Source: the human T2T-CHM13v2.0 reference genome, Homo sapiens. From it: a stretch of 64,000 bases of DNA. Below are positions 13,960-29,905 of this stretch, piece by piece (position 1 is the stretch's first letter; every line of letters starts with the position of its first letter). The stretch is taken from NCBI RefSeq assembly GCF_009914755.1, contig NC_060937.1, one strand, 5' to 3'. Under the pieces are notes generated by a model. It worked only from the letters and a program-made list of their open reading frames with translations, was not told the origin of the DNA and made no database searches. The translations under genes and the position numbers were made by a program.

Positions 13960-16700
13960 AAGACACCTGACCAAAGATGGCTTCACAGCAGAATTCTATC
14001 AAAACTTTGAAGGAAGATATATGCAGTGTCCATAGAAAAAGAAGAAAACACATCCAATTCAACAAAAACACTGATGCTAAAATATCATAAAAGGAGCAAA
14101 AAAAGAGATAAAATTGTAATTTTACTTATTAATATTGGTGCAAAGTTTCAATTAAATTATTAGCTAATGGGGTCCAACAATATGTTGGAAAAATAAATCA
14201 CTATGGTCAGGAGGACTTTATGCCAACAATGGAAGGATATTTCAATATTAGAAAATGATGAGCATAGATTTTCACGATTACCTTCATAGTTGCTGATAAG
14301 GCATTTGGCAAAATCTAATATACATATTTGACCAAAAATGTTTTATAAACTAGGAATAGGTAAATAATTTTAAACATGGTAAATAAAAGAAATATACGTA
14401 TTTCAAAGTTGCCATTATGCTTAAAGTAGGAGAAAATGAGAAATATTCTTACAGTCAGAAATAGGAGGAAGTTTCTATTGTTTTATGTTATTCTGGAAGT
14501 ATCAAATCATGCATGTAGACAAAAGAATAAACTGTAAAGAGAGAGAGACATTTATAATTATTGTTATATGATTTTATATCTGGAAAACCCAAGAAAATAA
14601 GCTGAAGAGTAATTTCTAATGACAAAGGAAATTCATAAAGTTGGTGAATACAAAATCAATATGCAAAATAACTTGCCTTTCTATATACGAATAGTAACCA
14701 GTTATAATGGAAGAAAATATCCTGTTTATGACACAGTGACAAAATACTCAAGAGTAAATGACAAGACACACAAGATCTAAATGAAGAGGACTTTAAAATG
14801 CTGAGGTAAACCAAAAAAAAGGCTTGGAAAACATGTAAATACATAGTCTATTTCTGTCTAGGGATGATTAAATATCATGAAGATGGCAATTCTCCATAAG
14901 TGAATCCATAAATCTAATAAAACCCTAATAAAATATATCAATAAGAAATGTTTGTGACTAAAAGTCTACAGAAAAGTAGACATGCAAACACAGCCAGGAG
15001 TTTTCTGAAAAAGATGGAGCCACCTGATGGGGCTGGGGAGTGGGGTGGGGCCTTAGGGAATAGCTCTACCAGAACTGAAACCCATCTTTAAAGCCACAGC
15101 AATTGAAGCAATATTGTACTGGGTATGAAGAAACCTACAAATCAATGGATCAGAATGGAGACTCCAGAAATAGACACAAACACATATACAAATATATGAT
15201 AAGATAGCATTGCATATTAATGAAGGAAGGTAGGCTGTTAAAAATAATGTTTATACTCCAGAGAGCCATCTGGGAAAGTGCTATGGACTGAATGTTTGCG
15301 TCTGTCCTCCCCAAATTCACATGTTGAAATCTTAATCCCCCAATGTGCAATTAGAGGTGAGACCCTTGGGAGGTGATTAGGTCATGAGGGTAGGGCCCTC
15401 ACAGATGGAGTTAGTGTCCTTATAAGAAGAGACAGGAGAGAGTCTGCTTCCTCCCCCTCTCTCCCTTTGCTCTTTTCTCCCTGTGAGAATACAGTAAGAA
15501 GATGGTAATCTGCAAGCCAGAAAGAGGACCTTTTCCAGACATAGAATCTGCGGGCACCTTGGTCTTGGGCTGCCCAGACTCCAGCCCCGTGAGAAATAAA
15601 TGGTTATTGTTTAAGCCACTCACTCTATGGTATTCTGTTACAGCAGCCCAAGCTGATCAAGACAGAAAACTGGACCCCTGCTTCACTTCTTATATGAACA
15701 AATGGCAATTGGATCCAAGATTTAACTTTATAAAATGAAATTAGGAAAGCATAAAATTTAAGACAATTTAAAAATAACTAAGAGAGGTCTTTTTAAGTGT
15801 TGCACAAAACTCAGAAGCCATAGAAAATATTAACAAATTTAATAATACAAATAAAATAATTCTGCATGACAATCAGACAAAAATCCCACTATAAACAGAG
15901 TCAAAAGAGAAATGATGTTTTGATGGGGAAACGATGGGGACAATATTTGCCACAGAAATTAAGTTATTGAATATAACAATGTGCTCTCTCAAGTCAATAA
16001 GAAAAAGAACCACCATCAAAGAAAAAGAGCAAAGAACAAGAAAAGGAAGTACGAATGGTTCTTAAACATATGAGAAGATGACTGACCCACTCATAATAAA
16101 GTAAATGCAAATATGGACAATGAGATGCCATTTTTCATCTATCTGGTATCAAACCCAAAAGTTTGATAGCATGTTGTGTTGGCGGGGATGTGCAGGGAAG
16201 TATGTCAACATATCTAAGATAAGAATATAAACAGATGGAACCTCTAGCATTGTTATCAGAATTAAAAACACGTGTCAGTGCTCTTTGACTATAGTCACAC
16301 ATCTAAGGATTTATTGGACAGATATGTTCACATGTGTAGAATGTATATGCATGCATACTTCCTGAAACATTATTTTGAAAAGTAAAATCTCAGAAGCAAG
16401 CTTACTGTCTGCAATGGGAGGCTGGATAAATAACATGGTTTTCATACAGTGGAATGTAGAAGAATGAGACAGTTTTATATATACTGATAGGAAGGATTTA
16501 CAAAATACATACTGAATACTTCCATAATTGTATGCTGATATATGCCTAGGATATTCCTGGAAAAAAATGGAAGAGATTTCCTCTGGGGAGGAAAACTGGA
16601 TAGCTGGGGAACAGCAGTGAAAGAAAGAGGGTGACTTTATACCATGCTTTGTGAATTTTGTACTCTAGGCATGTATTACCCATCTTTTAAAAAAGAAATA
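13960..16700 (+). mobile_element. Degenerate old L1 (L1ME/L1M) segments
   Basis: A-rich ORF2-like and 3' UTR motifs (cagaattctatcaaaact, ctggaaaacccaag, ccagaaatagacac). Confidence 0.6.
15279..15663 (+). mobile_element. MLT1A-type LTR
   Basis: tgctatggactgaatgtttg...gagaaataaatggttattgtttaagccac...aagaca. Confidence 0.85.
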
Positions 16701-16834
16701 GCCAAAAGAGTCAGAAGAGGGGCTTTTTTCTCAACCTAATAGGATATATTTTAAAGTTATAGAAATGGAAATTGTGACATTGCTATAGAATAGGCAAGTA
16801 GATTAGTAGGACAGAATAAACTCAAGAACTAGAC

Positions 16835-17216
16835 TGTGTTAGTCTGTTTGGGCTGCTATAACAAAATACCATAGCCTGGGTGGCATATAAATAACAGTTT
16901 AGAAGAACTGTTTATAAGAATTGTTTCTCACAGTTCTAGAGGCCAGGAAGTCCAAGACTGAGGCGTCAGCAGGTTCAGTGCTGGCTGAGGGCTCACATTC
17001 CCTGATTCATAGATGGTGCCTTCTCACTGTGTCCTCACATGGCAGAAGAGAAAAGGGAGCTCTCTGGAGTCCCTTTTATAAGGGCACTTATTCCATTCTT
17101 AAGGGCTCCACTCTCACGGCCTAGTCACCTCCCAAGCACCGTGCCTTCTAATACCATGACATTGGGGATTATGTTTCAATGTATGAATTCTGGGGGACAT
17201 CAACACTCAGACCATG
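16835..17216 (-). mobile_element. MaLR LTR (MST/MLT1A-like)
   Basis: tgtgttagtctgtttgggctgctataacaaaatacc...actcagaccat. Confidence 0.8.
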
Positions 17217-17514
17217 GAACAGACCAATATACACATGGGCATTTGGTGTGTGACAAAATGGCACTCCAGTATGTGGGGATAGATGGGTCAGTAAGCACAG
17301 TTGGTCTAATTGGTTATTCATAGAGAAGAAAAAGGTGTTGAATCCCCACCTTGCATTATGCACGAATGTAAATTCCCACTTGTTTAAAGGCCTAAATGTC
17401 CAAAACAAAACCACAAAATATTTTAAAGAAACATAGAAGAAATATGTCGTTTTGACTTTGGGGTAGGGAAGTCCTTAAAAGACAGAAAAAGCCCTCCCTT
17501 CCCACCCCACAAAA

Positions 17515-17660
17515 AGCTGGGTGAGGTGGCACCTGAAGTCCTAGCTATTCTGAGGCTGAGGCAGGAGGATCTCTTGAACCCAGGAGTTTGAGTCCATCCT
17601 GGACAACATGGCAAGAACCCATTCCTAAAAAAAAGAAGAAGGAAAGAAGGACGAAAGAAA
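17515..17660 (+). mobile_element. FLAM-type Alu monomer
   Basis: ggctgaggcaggaggatctcttgaacccaggagtttgag. Confidence 0.75.
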
Positions 17661-17866
17661 AGAAAGGATGAAAACTCTTCAAAGTAATATATATATCTCT
17701 TAAATGTGTTTGTGTGTGTGTGCGTGCGTACACTGTGCATTTATATTTCAAACTCATAATAGTGGTTCCTTTAGGTAAGGTTGGGCATGGAGAGGGATTG
17801 GGAATGGTGGGCTTTAGCTTTACATGTAAAGGGCTTTAAAAATTATTATTTAAGGAATTTATTTTT

Positions 17867-17978
17867 TTATTATACTTTAAGTTCTAGGGTATGTGTGCAC
17901 AATGTGTAGGTTTGTTACATATGTATGCATGTGCCATGTTGGTGTGCTGCACCCATTAACTCGTCATTTACCTAATGT
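17867..17978 (-). mobile_element. Heavily 5'-truncated L1PA 3' tip
   Basis: attatactttaagttctagggta...cacccattaactcgtcattta. TSD aaggaatttattttt on both sides. Confidence 0.8.
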
Positions 17979-18025
17979 AAAGGAATTTATTTTTACTGTT
18001 AATTATTGTCATAATTTGACACTAA

Positions 18026-18169
<144 letters not shown>

Positions 18170-19324
18170 TAAAAAATAATAGAAAAAATATTCCCAAACT
18201 GAAGAAAGCCAATACATCTTTAGAATAAAAGAGTCTGTTGAGTGTTGAGCATGAACAATGAAAAAAAAAAGATTCAAATCTAAATATATCCTCTTACAAT
18301 TTTATAATGACAATGACATGTAGAAAAAATCTTAAAAGCTCTGAGAGAGCAGAGACTTTCAATTCATATTGCAAATGGTTTCTCCCAAAAGATGCAGCCA
18401 CCGGCAATTTTCAGGAGCCTCTGGTCCTACCGTGTCCCTCTTGCCCACCTACGTTTGGCTGGGTTCTGTGGGAATAGAGGCCCTTTAGCCGATGTCCCAC
18501 CTGCAGAAAGAATTGCTGAAGCCGCAGTGAGAGGGAGGTCAGCTCTGGGTTTGGAAGGTGATAATCCTCCCCAGTCTGCTCCTTTGGAATCTTGTACTGA
18601 GGTTTCTGTGTATCCGGGAGCAGGTAAAATGAAACTACTTTGAACAGAAGTGAGCTGTGCTGCCCATCGTGGGGCCCTGAACCCTCACAATAGTGTTTCT
18701 TACTTCCCTACTCCTTCTTGTAGACCAAAACACCTGATGGTTTTGTAGGATTTTCCAAGGTACTTTCTTTACCTACTCTATCATCACTGCTGAGAGATTT
18801 TAAAATGTAAGATGCAATCGACCACCCGAAGAATGTGTGAGCCTGTGGCATAGAGCTGGGTCCTCTGTCTTAAGGCTGCAATTTCAGGAATTTCTTAATG
18901 TGTCTTTTATGTGTTGTGATGATGAAAGACTCTAGTGGAACTCCCTGTTTACACAAAATGTGACACTTACAAGTTTCCAAGAAAACGCCCTGCCTGTCTG
19001 GCAAAACGGAGCTACCAGAAGACTTGGAATCAGGCGAGGATGCTTCTGATATGCACGTTATCCACACCCCACGGGACAGAGCTCTCTTGCCAATGGTTGG
19101 CGGAACACAGGAAAGGCTTGTTCTGGAAGATCCTTCTATCTCAAACCCATACAAACACTCTCAGCCCTGCTCAGGCTGGAGCTCAGGATGCTCTTGTTGC
19201 AGCTTCAGGGAGGGGGCTCAATTTCCTTTGGAGAAGATGTCTAAATCCTCAGAATGCAGTGGCCCAATGCTATAAACAACATCAAACGTGAAAGAGCAAA
19301 CTAGATATAACTGATGGAGGATGA

Positions 19325-19713
<389 letters not shown>

Positions 19714-20101
19714 TGATATCCTACTTTTAAGTGCCATTGGTTGAGTGCCTGAGAAGAAAACATTTTTTCCTTATGATTGTTCCTTTTTGTTTTGTGTTTG
19801 TTTCACAGTCTGGCTATGAGGAAATGATTGTTCCTTTATAAATCATGAATTTTCTGTCATCTGTGAATTTTCTTTTCTTTTTTTAAATTTTATTATTATT
19901 ATAGTTTAAGTTTTAGGGTACATGTGCACAACGTGCAGGTTTGTTACATATGTATACATGTGCCATGTTGGTGTGCTGCACCCATTAACTCGTCATTTAC
20001 ATTAGGTATATCTCCTAATGCTATCCCTCCCCCCCCCCCCCACCTCACAACAGGCCCCGGTGTGTGATGTTACCCTTCCTGTGTCCATGTGTTCTCATTG
20101 T

Positions 20102-23940
<3,839 letters not shown>

Positions 23941-23988
23941 CTATTTTGCTCGTTAGTTGATGCAGTTTCTTCCTAGCCTTAAAGGTCT

Positions 23989-25005
23989 TTACAATTTGGC
24001 ATGTTTTTGCAGTGGCTGGTACCCATTGTTCCTTTCCATGTTTAGTGCTTCCTTCAGGAGCTCTTTTAGGGCAGGCCTGGTGGCGACAAAATCTCTCAGC
24101 ATTTGCTTGTCTGTAAAGTATTTTATTTCTCCTTCACTTACTAAGCTTAGCCTGGCTGGATATGAAATTCTGGGTTGAAAATTCTTTTCTTTAAGAATGT
24201 TGAATATTGGCCCCCACTCTCCTCTGGCTTGTAGAGTTTCTGCTGAAAGATCCACTGTTAGTCTGATGGGCTTCCCTTTGTGGGTAACCCGACCTTTCTC
24301 TCTGGCTGCCCTTAACATTTTTTCCTTCATTTCAACTTTGGTGAATCTGACAATTATGTGTCTTGGAGTTGCTCTTCTCGAGGAGTACCTTTGTGGCATT
24401 CTCTGTATTTCCTGAATTTGAATGTTGGCCTGCCTTGCTAGATTGGGGAAGTTCTCCTGGATGATACCCTGCAGAGTATTTTCTAATTTGGTTCCATTCT
24501 CCCCGTCACTTTCAGGTACACCAATCAGACGTAGATTTGGTCTTTTCACATAGTCCCATATTTCTTGGAGGCTTTGTTCGTTTCTTTTTATTCTTTTTTC
24601 TCTAAACTTCTCTTCTTGCTTCATTTCATGCATTTCATCTTCCATCACTGATACCCTTTCTTCCAGTTGATCGCATCGGCTACTGAGGCTTCTGCATTCA
24701 TCACATAGTTCTCGTGCCTTGGTTTTCAGCTCCATCAGGTCCTTTAAGGACTTCTCTGCATTGGTTATTCTAGTTATCCATTTGTCTAATTTTTTTTCAA
24801 AGTTTTTAACTTCTTTGCCATTGGTTCGAATCTCCTCCTGTAGCTCGGAGTAGTTTGATCATCTGAAGCCTTCTTCTCTCAACTCGTCAAAGCTATTCTC
24901 TGTCCAGCTCTGATCCGTTGCTGGTGAGGAGCTGCATTCCTTTGGAGGAGGAGAGGTGCTCTGATTTTTAGAGTTTCCAGTTTTTCTGCTCTGTTTTTTC
25001 CCCAT
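23989..25005 (-). pseudogene. L1 ORF1p with a single premature stop (codon 49 CGA>TGA)
   Basis: ATG GGG AAA AAA CAG at 25005, 1017 nt in frame to TAA at 23989. TGA at 24861-24859. The downstream part is ORF 23989..24735. Confidence 0.9.
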
Positions 25006-26431
25006 CTTTGTGGTTTTATCTACCTTTGGTCTTTGATGATGGTGACGTACAGATGGGTTTTTGGCGTGGATGTCCTTCCTGTTTGTTAGTTTTCCTTCTA
25101 ACAGACAGGACCCTCAGCTGCAGGTCTGTTGGAGTTTGCTAGAGGTCCACTCCAGACCCTGTTTGCCTGGGTATCCGGAGCAGTGGCTGCAGAACAACGG
25201 ATATTGGTGAACTGCAAATGCTGCTGCCTGATTGTTCCTCTGGAAGTTTTGTCTCAGAGGAGTACCCGGCCATGTGAGGTGTCAGTCTGCTCCTACTAGG
25301 GGGTGCCTCCCAGTTAGGCTACTCGGGGGTCAGGGACCCACTTGAGGAGGCAGTCTGCCCGTTCTCAGATCTGAAGCTGCATGCTGGGAGAACCACTGCT
25401 CTCTTCAAAGCTGTCAGACAGGGACATTTAAGTCTGCAGAGGTTACTGCTGTCTTTTTGTTTGTCTGTGCCCTGCCCCCAGAGGTGGAGCCTACAGAGGC
25501 AGGCAGGCCTCCTTGAGCTGTGGTGCACTCCACCCTGTTCGAGCTTCCCGGCTGCTTTGTTTACCTAATCAAGTCTGGGCAACGGCGGGCGCCCCTCCCC
25601 CAGCCTTGCTGCCACCTTGCAGTTTGATCTCAGACTGCCGTGCTAGCAATGAGCGAGGCTCCGTGGGCGTAGGACCCTCTGAGCCAGGTGCGGGATATAA
25701 TCTCCTCGTGTGCCGTTTTTTAAGCCCATTGGGAAAGCGCAGTATTAGGGTGGGAGTGACCCGATTTTCTAGGTGCCATCTGTCACCCCTTTCTTTGACT
25801 AGGAGAGGGAATTCCCTGACCCCTTTCACTTCCCGGGTGAGGCGATGCCTCACCCTGCTTTGGCTCACGCACGGTGTGCTGCACCCACTGTCTGGCACAC
25901 CCCAGTAAGATGGCCTGGTACCTCAGTTGGAAATGCAGAAATCACCCGTCTTCTGCATCGCTCACGCTGGGAGCTGTAGACTGGAGCTGTTCCTATTCGG
26001 CCATCTTGCACACATGTTCTCATCTGTGAATTTTCTGTCCATGTCCTTTGTCATACACCTATTGGGACATCAATGGATTTTGCTGTTGTTGGTCACTTGG
26101 CATGAGTGCATTCAATACAAATACACTTGGCCTGTCATATATATGGAAAATAATTTTCCTAACTTGCCTGAGTTAAAATTTGGTTGTTGCTGTATTTTGT
26201 CTTGCAGAAACCTCCAGTTCTTAAGTGATCATGAAACCTGTTGCTATTTCCTTTTAAACATATTTCCCCTATTCCTTTTGTAGGGCCATTCCAGAGGAAA
26301 GAGCTTCTTGCAGTAGACTCTTTCTGAAAATGACTGACTTCTCTGCAAGTCAGGCAACAATAATGATATAGTTCCTAACAGTAAGTGTCAATGCACTTCA
26401 TCTGATTTGATGAAATTTGGGGGCAAGGACA

Positions 26432-27330
26432 CAGTGGCATACCAAGGGTAGGTGGTGGGAACAGCCTACCCTGCATGCAGGCAATAAAGGAGTGCCTTGT
26501 GTGTAGCATCGTTAAAAACAGTAATAAAACTGACTACACGTTGGTCAGCTTTTTATTATCACTATATGCTGGTTATTCTAAGCAATGTCCGTGATGAAGT
26601 ACTTACTCCTTCCCCCCAAACCATTTATTAGTCTAAGTCCTAAACAGTTGCTGCTATTAGTGTTGTCTTTTAGTGATATATGTCCAGGCTTAAAGAGTGC
26701 ACATTTTATTACTTATGTTTTAATAAGTATGTTTAATTGCCTTCTACATGGAAGTTAATTTGGAACACCTCCAATTACACAGGATATAAGCAGAGTCAGT
26801 TGCAGGCTGGTTCCAAGAGTCAGTTTGCAAGGGTGACAATTCAGAATTGTTGGCGCTCACTTCTGGGGCAGTTGGTTCCTTGTACTCCGGATCTACGCCG
26901 TATTCCTGTGTTGAATGAGTAGGGTGGAAATGAATGAGGCTAGCTCGGTGAACTGGATTAACTTCAGTTCTGTCTGTCTGGGTGCGAGCCAGTCTCTAAA
27001 GCTTTGGAGTTCACTCTTTTGGAAGTGTTTCTTCATGCATGCCCCCACTTAAAAAAAAACACATTAGGGTAATGATTAATCCATGACTTTTTAATTTTTG
27101 TATTGTAATATTTATTTTGCTTTTATTAAAAAGTTTTTACAGGCAAAATTATATATACAAAGTTCAATCCTGCTACTAATTTCTCTGGCCATTAGTATTC
27201 ATTTCATTTCATTATGACCGAAGATGATTTCATTGTATGTGGGGATGTTGAAGGTAATCTGCTTGAAACTAATACAACAGTTGTGCCACAGCAGGTGTGT
27301 TTCCCAGTCTTCACCACAGGGCCTTGTCAC
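26432..27330 (+). mobile_element. MER97-like hAT-Tip100 DNA transposon
   Basis: Starts cagtggcataccaaggg...gcaggcaataaaggagtgc...aataaaactgact. The right end is approximate. Confidence 0.65.
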
Positions 27331-27966
27331 ATGCAAGCTGGAAGAGCAGGTGGCAGGTATGGTTGTGAAGAAGGGATGGCCAGCAGGACTGGCTGGTTTC
27401 TCATCATTCGACTTCCATTCAATGCAGGTCAACTCTCCTGGGGTTGTCCTGAGCAATGCCTCCAGATCCGTGTTGACGGTGCCTACTTGGCCTTGGGGGA
27501 CAACCCACTGAATACACAAGAGTGTCTTCTGCAAGCAGCCCTGCTGCCCCTCCTTGTCGGATGTGTTCTTTCCTGCTGCTGGTAGGCAGGTGGGGCTGGC
27601 TCCCCTCCCCTGGTCCACCAGCGAGATGCGTCACTGTGGTCTCTCTCCATGGTGGCCGGTGACAGGCTGGGAAAAGGCTTCCTCCAGCTGCTCTCGGCCT
27701 GGCAGATGCAGGAGATGCGGTGCCCCTTGAGCCTCGTGGTGTTGTTGTCTTTGTTACAGTCTCTGAGGACTCGCTGGGCCACAGGCAAAGAGAGAGCAAC
27801 CATCTTTTTCTGTCCCACAAAACTGCTGACATGGTTTTGACACTGTCTGGAGTCATAACGTCAGGCTCACTTGGCGTAAGCACCTCAACTTGAAGAGCAA
27901 GTGGGAAGGAGGGCATCAGGTGCCTGTGTTTAGTGTTGGTTCAGTTCTGAGTTCTGCCAGTGATTT

Positions 27967-28611
27967 TGAGAGGTGAAGCCAGCTGGACTTCTTGGGTCCA
28001 GTGGGGACTTGGAGAACTTTTCCGTCTAGTTAGAGGATTGTAAATGCACCAATCAGCACTCTGTAAAAACACACCAATCAGCGCTCTGTGTCTAGCTAAA
28101 GGATTGTAAATGCACCAATCAGCACTCTGTAAAAACGCACCAATCAGTGCTCTGTGTCTAGCTAGAGGATTGTAAATGCACCAATCAGCATTCTGTAAAA
28201 ATGGACCAATCAGCACTCTGTAGAATGGACCAATCAGCACTCTGTAAAATGGACCAATCAGCAGGACATGGGAGGGGCCAAATAAGGGAATAAAAGCTGG
28301 CCACCTGAGCCAGCAGCAGCAACCCACTGGGGTCCTCTTTCATGGTGTGAAAGCTTTGTTCTTTCACACGTCATAATAAATCTTGCAGCTGCTCACTCTT
28401 TGGGTCTGCACTACCTTTATGAGCTGTAACACTCATCATGAGGGTCTGCAGCTTCATTCCTGAAGTCAGCAAGAATCATGAACCCACCAGAAAGTACAAA
28501 CTCTGGACAAGCCACCTTTAAGAGCTGTAACACTCACTGCAAGGGTCCGCGGCTTCATTCCTGAAGTCAGCGAGACCACGAACCCACCAGAAGGAACCAA
28601 CTCTGGACACA
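27967..28611 (+). mobile_element. Solo LTR12 (ERV9 family, LTR12F-like)
   Basis: TG...CA termini (TGAGAGGTGAAGCC...GGACACA), 4-bp TSD ATTT at 27963-27966 and 28612-28615, tandem CCAATCAG units. Confidence 0.92.
28049..28296 (+). promoter_or_regulatory. LTR12 U3 CCAAT-box (NF-Y) array and AATAAAA TATA-like box
   Basis: Eight ccaatcag copies between ~28049 and ~28261, then gggaataaaagctgg. Confidence 0.65.
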
Positions 28612-28749
28612 ATTTCAGGAGGGTCGGCCTGAGGTTGTTAACCCTGCCACAGTTCCATGCCACCTGGAGGAGCCTCAGGAGCTGTCCAGTTCCAGAAAGA
28701 GACTGCTTTTTTGGAGCTGATCGCAAAGATGCTTGGAGTCAAGGGAACT

Positions 28750-28912
28750 GATTTATTTAGAGATGGGATCTTGCTTTATTGGTCAGACTGGAGTGCAGTG
28801 GTTATTTGCAGGCACAAACATAGTGCACTACAACCTGGAACTCCTAGGCTCAAACAATCCTCTTGCCTTATCCTTCTGAATACCTGGGATTCCAGGCACG
28901 CACCATCGCACA
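28750..28912 (-). mobile_element. Old Alu monomer
   Basis: agagatgggatcttgct...ggaactcctaggctcaaacaatcctc. Confidence 0.7.
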
Positions 28913-28914
28913 CA

Positions 28915-29405
28915 GTTTATTATATTTTGACATCTTAAAAAACCCTTTCTGGCTGGGGAGACACTGGCTCTTTGGAGCTAGTCAATCCTTAGAGACAGCA
29001 AGAGGGCATGCCTTTGATATGCAAACTACCCAACCCAGGGCATACCTCATCCATCTGGCCCGCATACCCCAGGAGGCTATGTTCCTCTGCCTAATCACCC
29101 CAGGGCCAGGTGCCAGGCAGCTGGAGACCGCCCTGACAGCCCGAAACCCTTCAAAATTATCTACTCTAGCCCATCTTAAGCTGCTCACCCCACCCTGGCT
29201 ATCCCAAGGAGACTCCAACAAAGGCCGTGGTCCAAGCTCATCCTGCACCCCTGCGTTCTGCCTCCTGACCAACACTGGTGCTTCCCCTGTGGTCCTGCTT
29301 GGTATGTGGTGACCCCCTTTCTGGAGCCTGTGAGTGTAATGGACTTCATTGTCCTGCGCCTCTCTTGCATCTCCTCTTGTGGCTGTACCTGACCTGACCA
29401 TTGCT
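28915..29405 (+). mobile_element. Old ERVL-type LTR (MER73/MER74-like)
   Basis: tatattttgacatcttaaaaaaccct...gatatgcaaact...aatcaccccagggccagg motifs. The family is tentative. Confidence 0.45.
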
Positions 29406-29865
29406 TGAAAGGACAGAGCAGGGAGGCTGAAAACATCTTCGCTGTTTGCCTCGGGCTCATACCTGTTCCCCTTGGGTGTCCTTTTCTCTTTCTCCAGCCC
29501 CAGGTTGATGAGTGACCCATTCATGATTTGTGTCCTGTGCTGGGCAACTTGATCCCCCCGCTTCCTGGGAAGGTGATGGTGGTTATGTCACCATAGTGGA
29601 GATGTGGCAGCAAACAGATTCTCACAAATGTGAATCATTCTTGGCATAACTTTGATGTCACATAATAATAATAATGATAAAAAGTCCCCTTTCCCACCAG
29701 AGGTGAGATATAAAAAGCAAAACTTGAGTGAGGATGGAATAACCTATCCTGCCATGGTATAGTTTTTGCTTAAGCAAAGTTCTGTTGAATGAAGACTTGT
29801 TTGCTTCTTGGTTCTTAACTGGGTCTCAGACTATGCATGTATGCATGAGAGACGGAGAGAACTAG

Positions 29866-29905
29866 ACACACACACACACGCACACACACACACACACACA
29901 CACAC
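29866..29905. repeat. (CA)n microsatellite
   Basis: Directly visible. Confidence 0.9.

Noticed and set aside
28030-28265. Regularly spaced ccaatcagcactctgt repeats resembling a CRISPR array or repeat protein (ORF 27941..28327)
   Set aside because: These are the normal U3 tandem repeats of LTR12. The spacers are not unique, there are no cas genes, and the DNA is primate.
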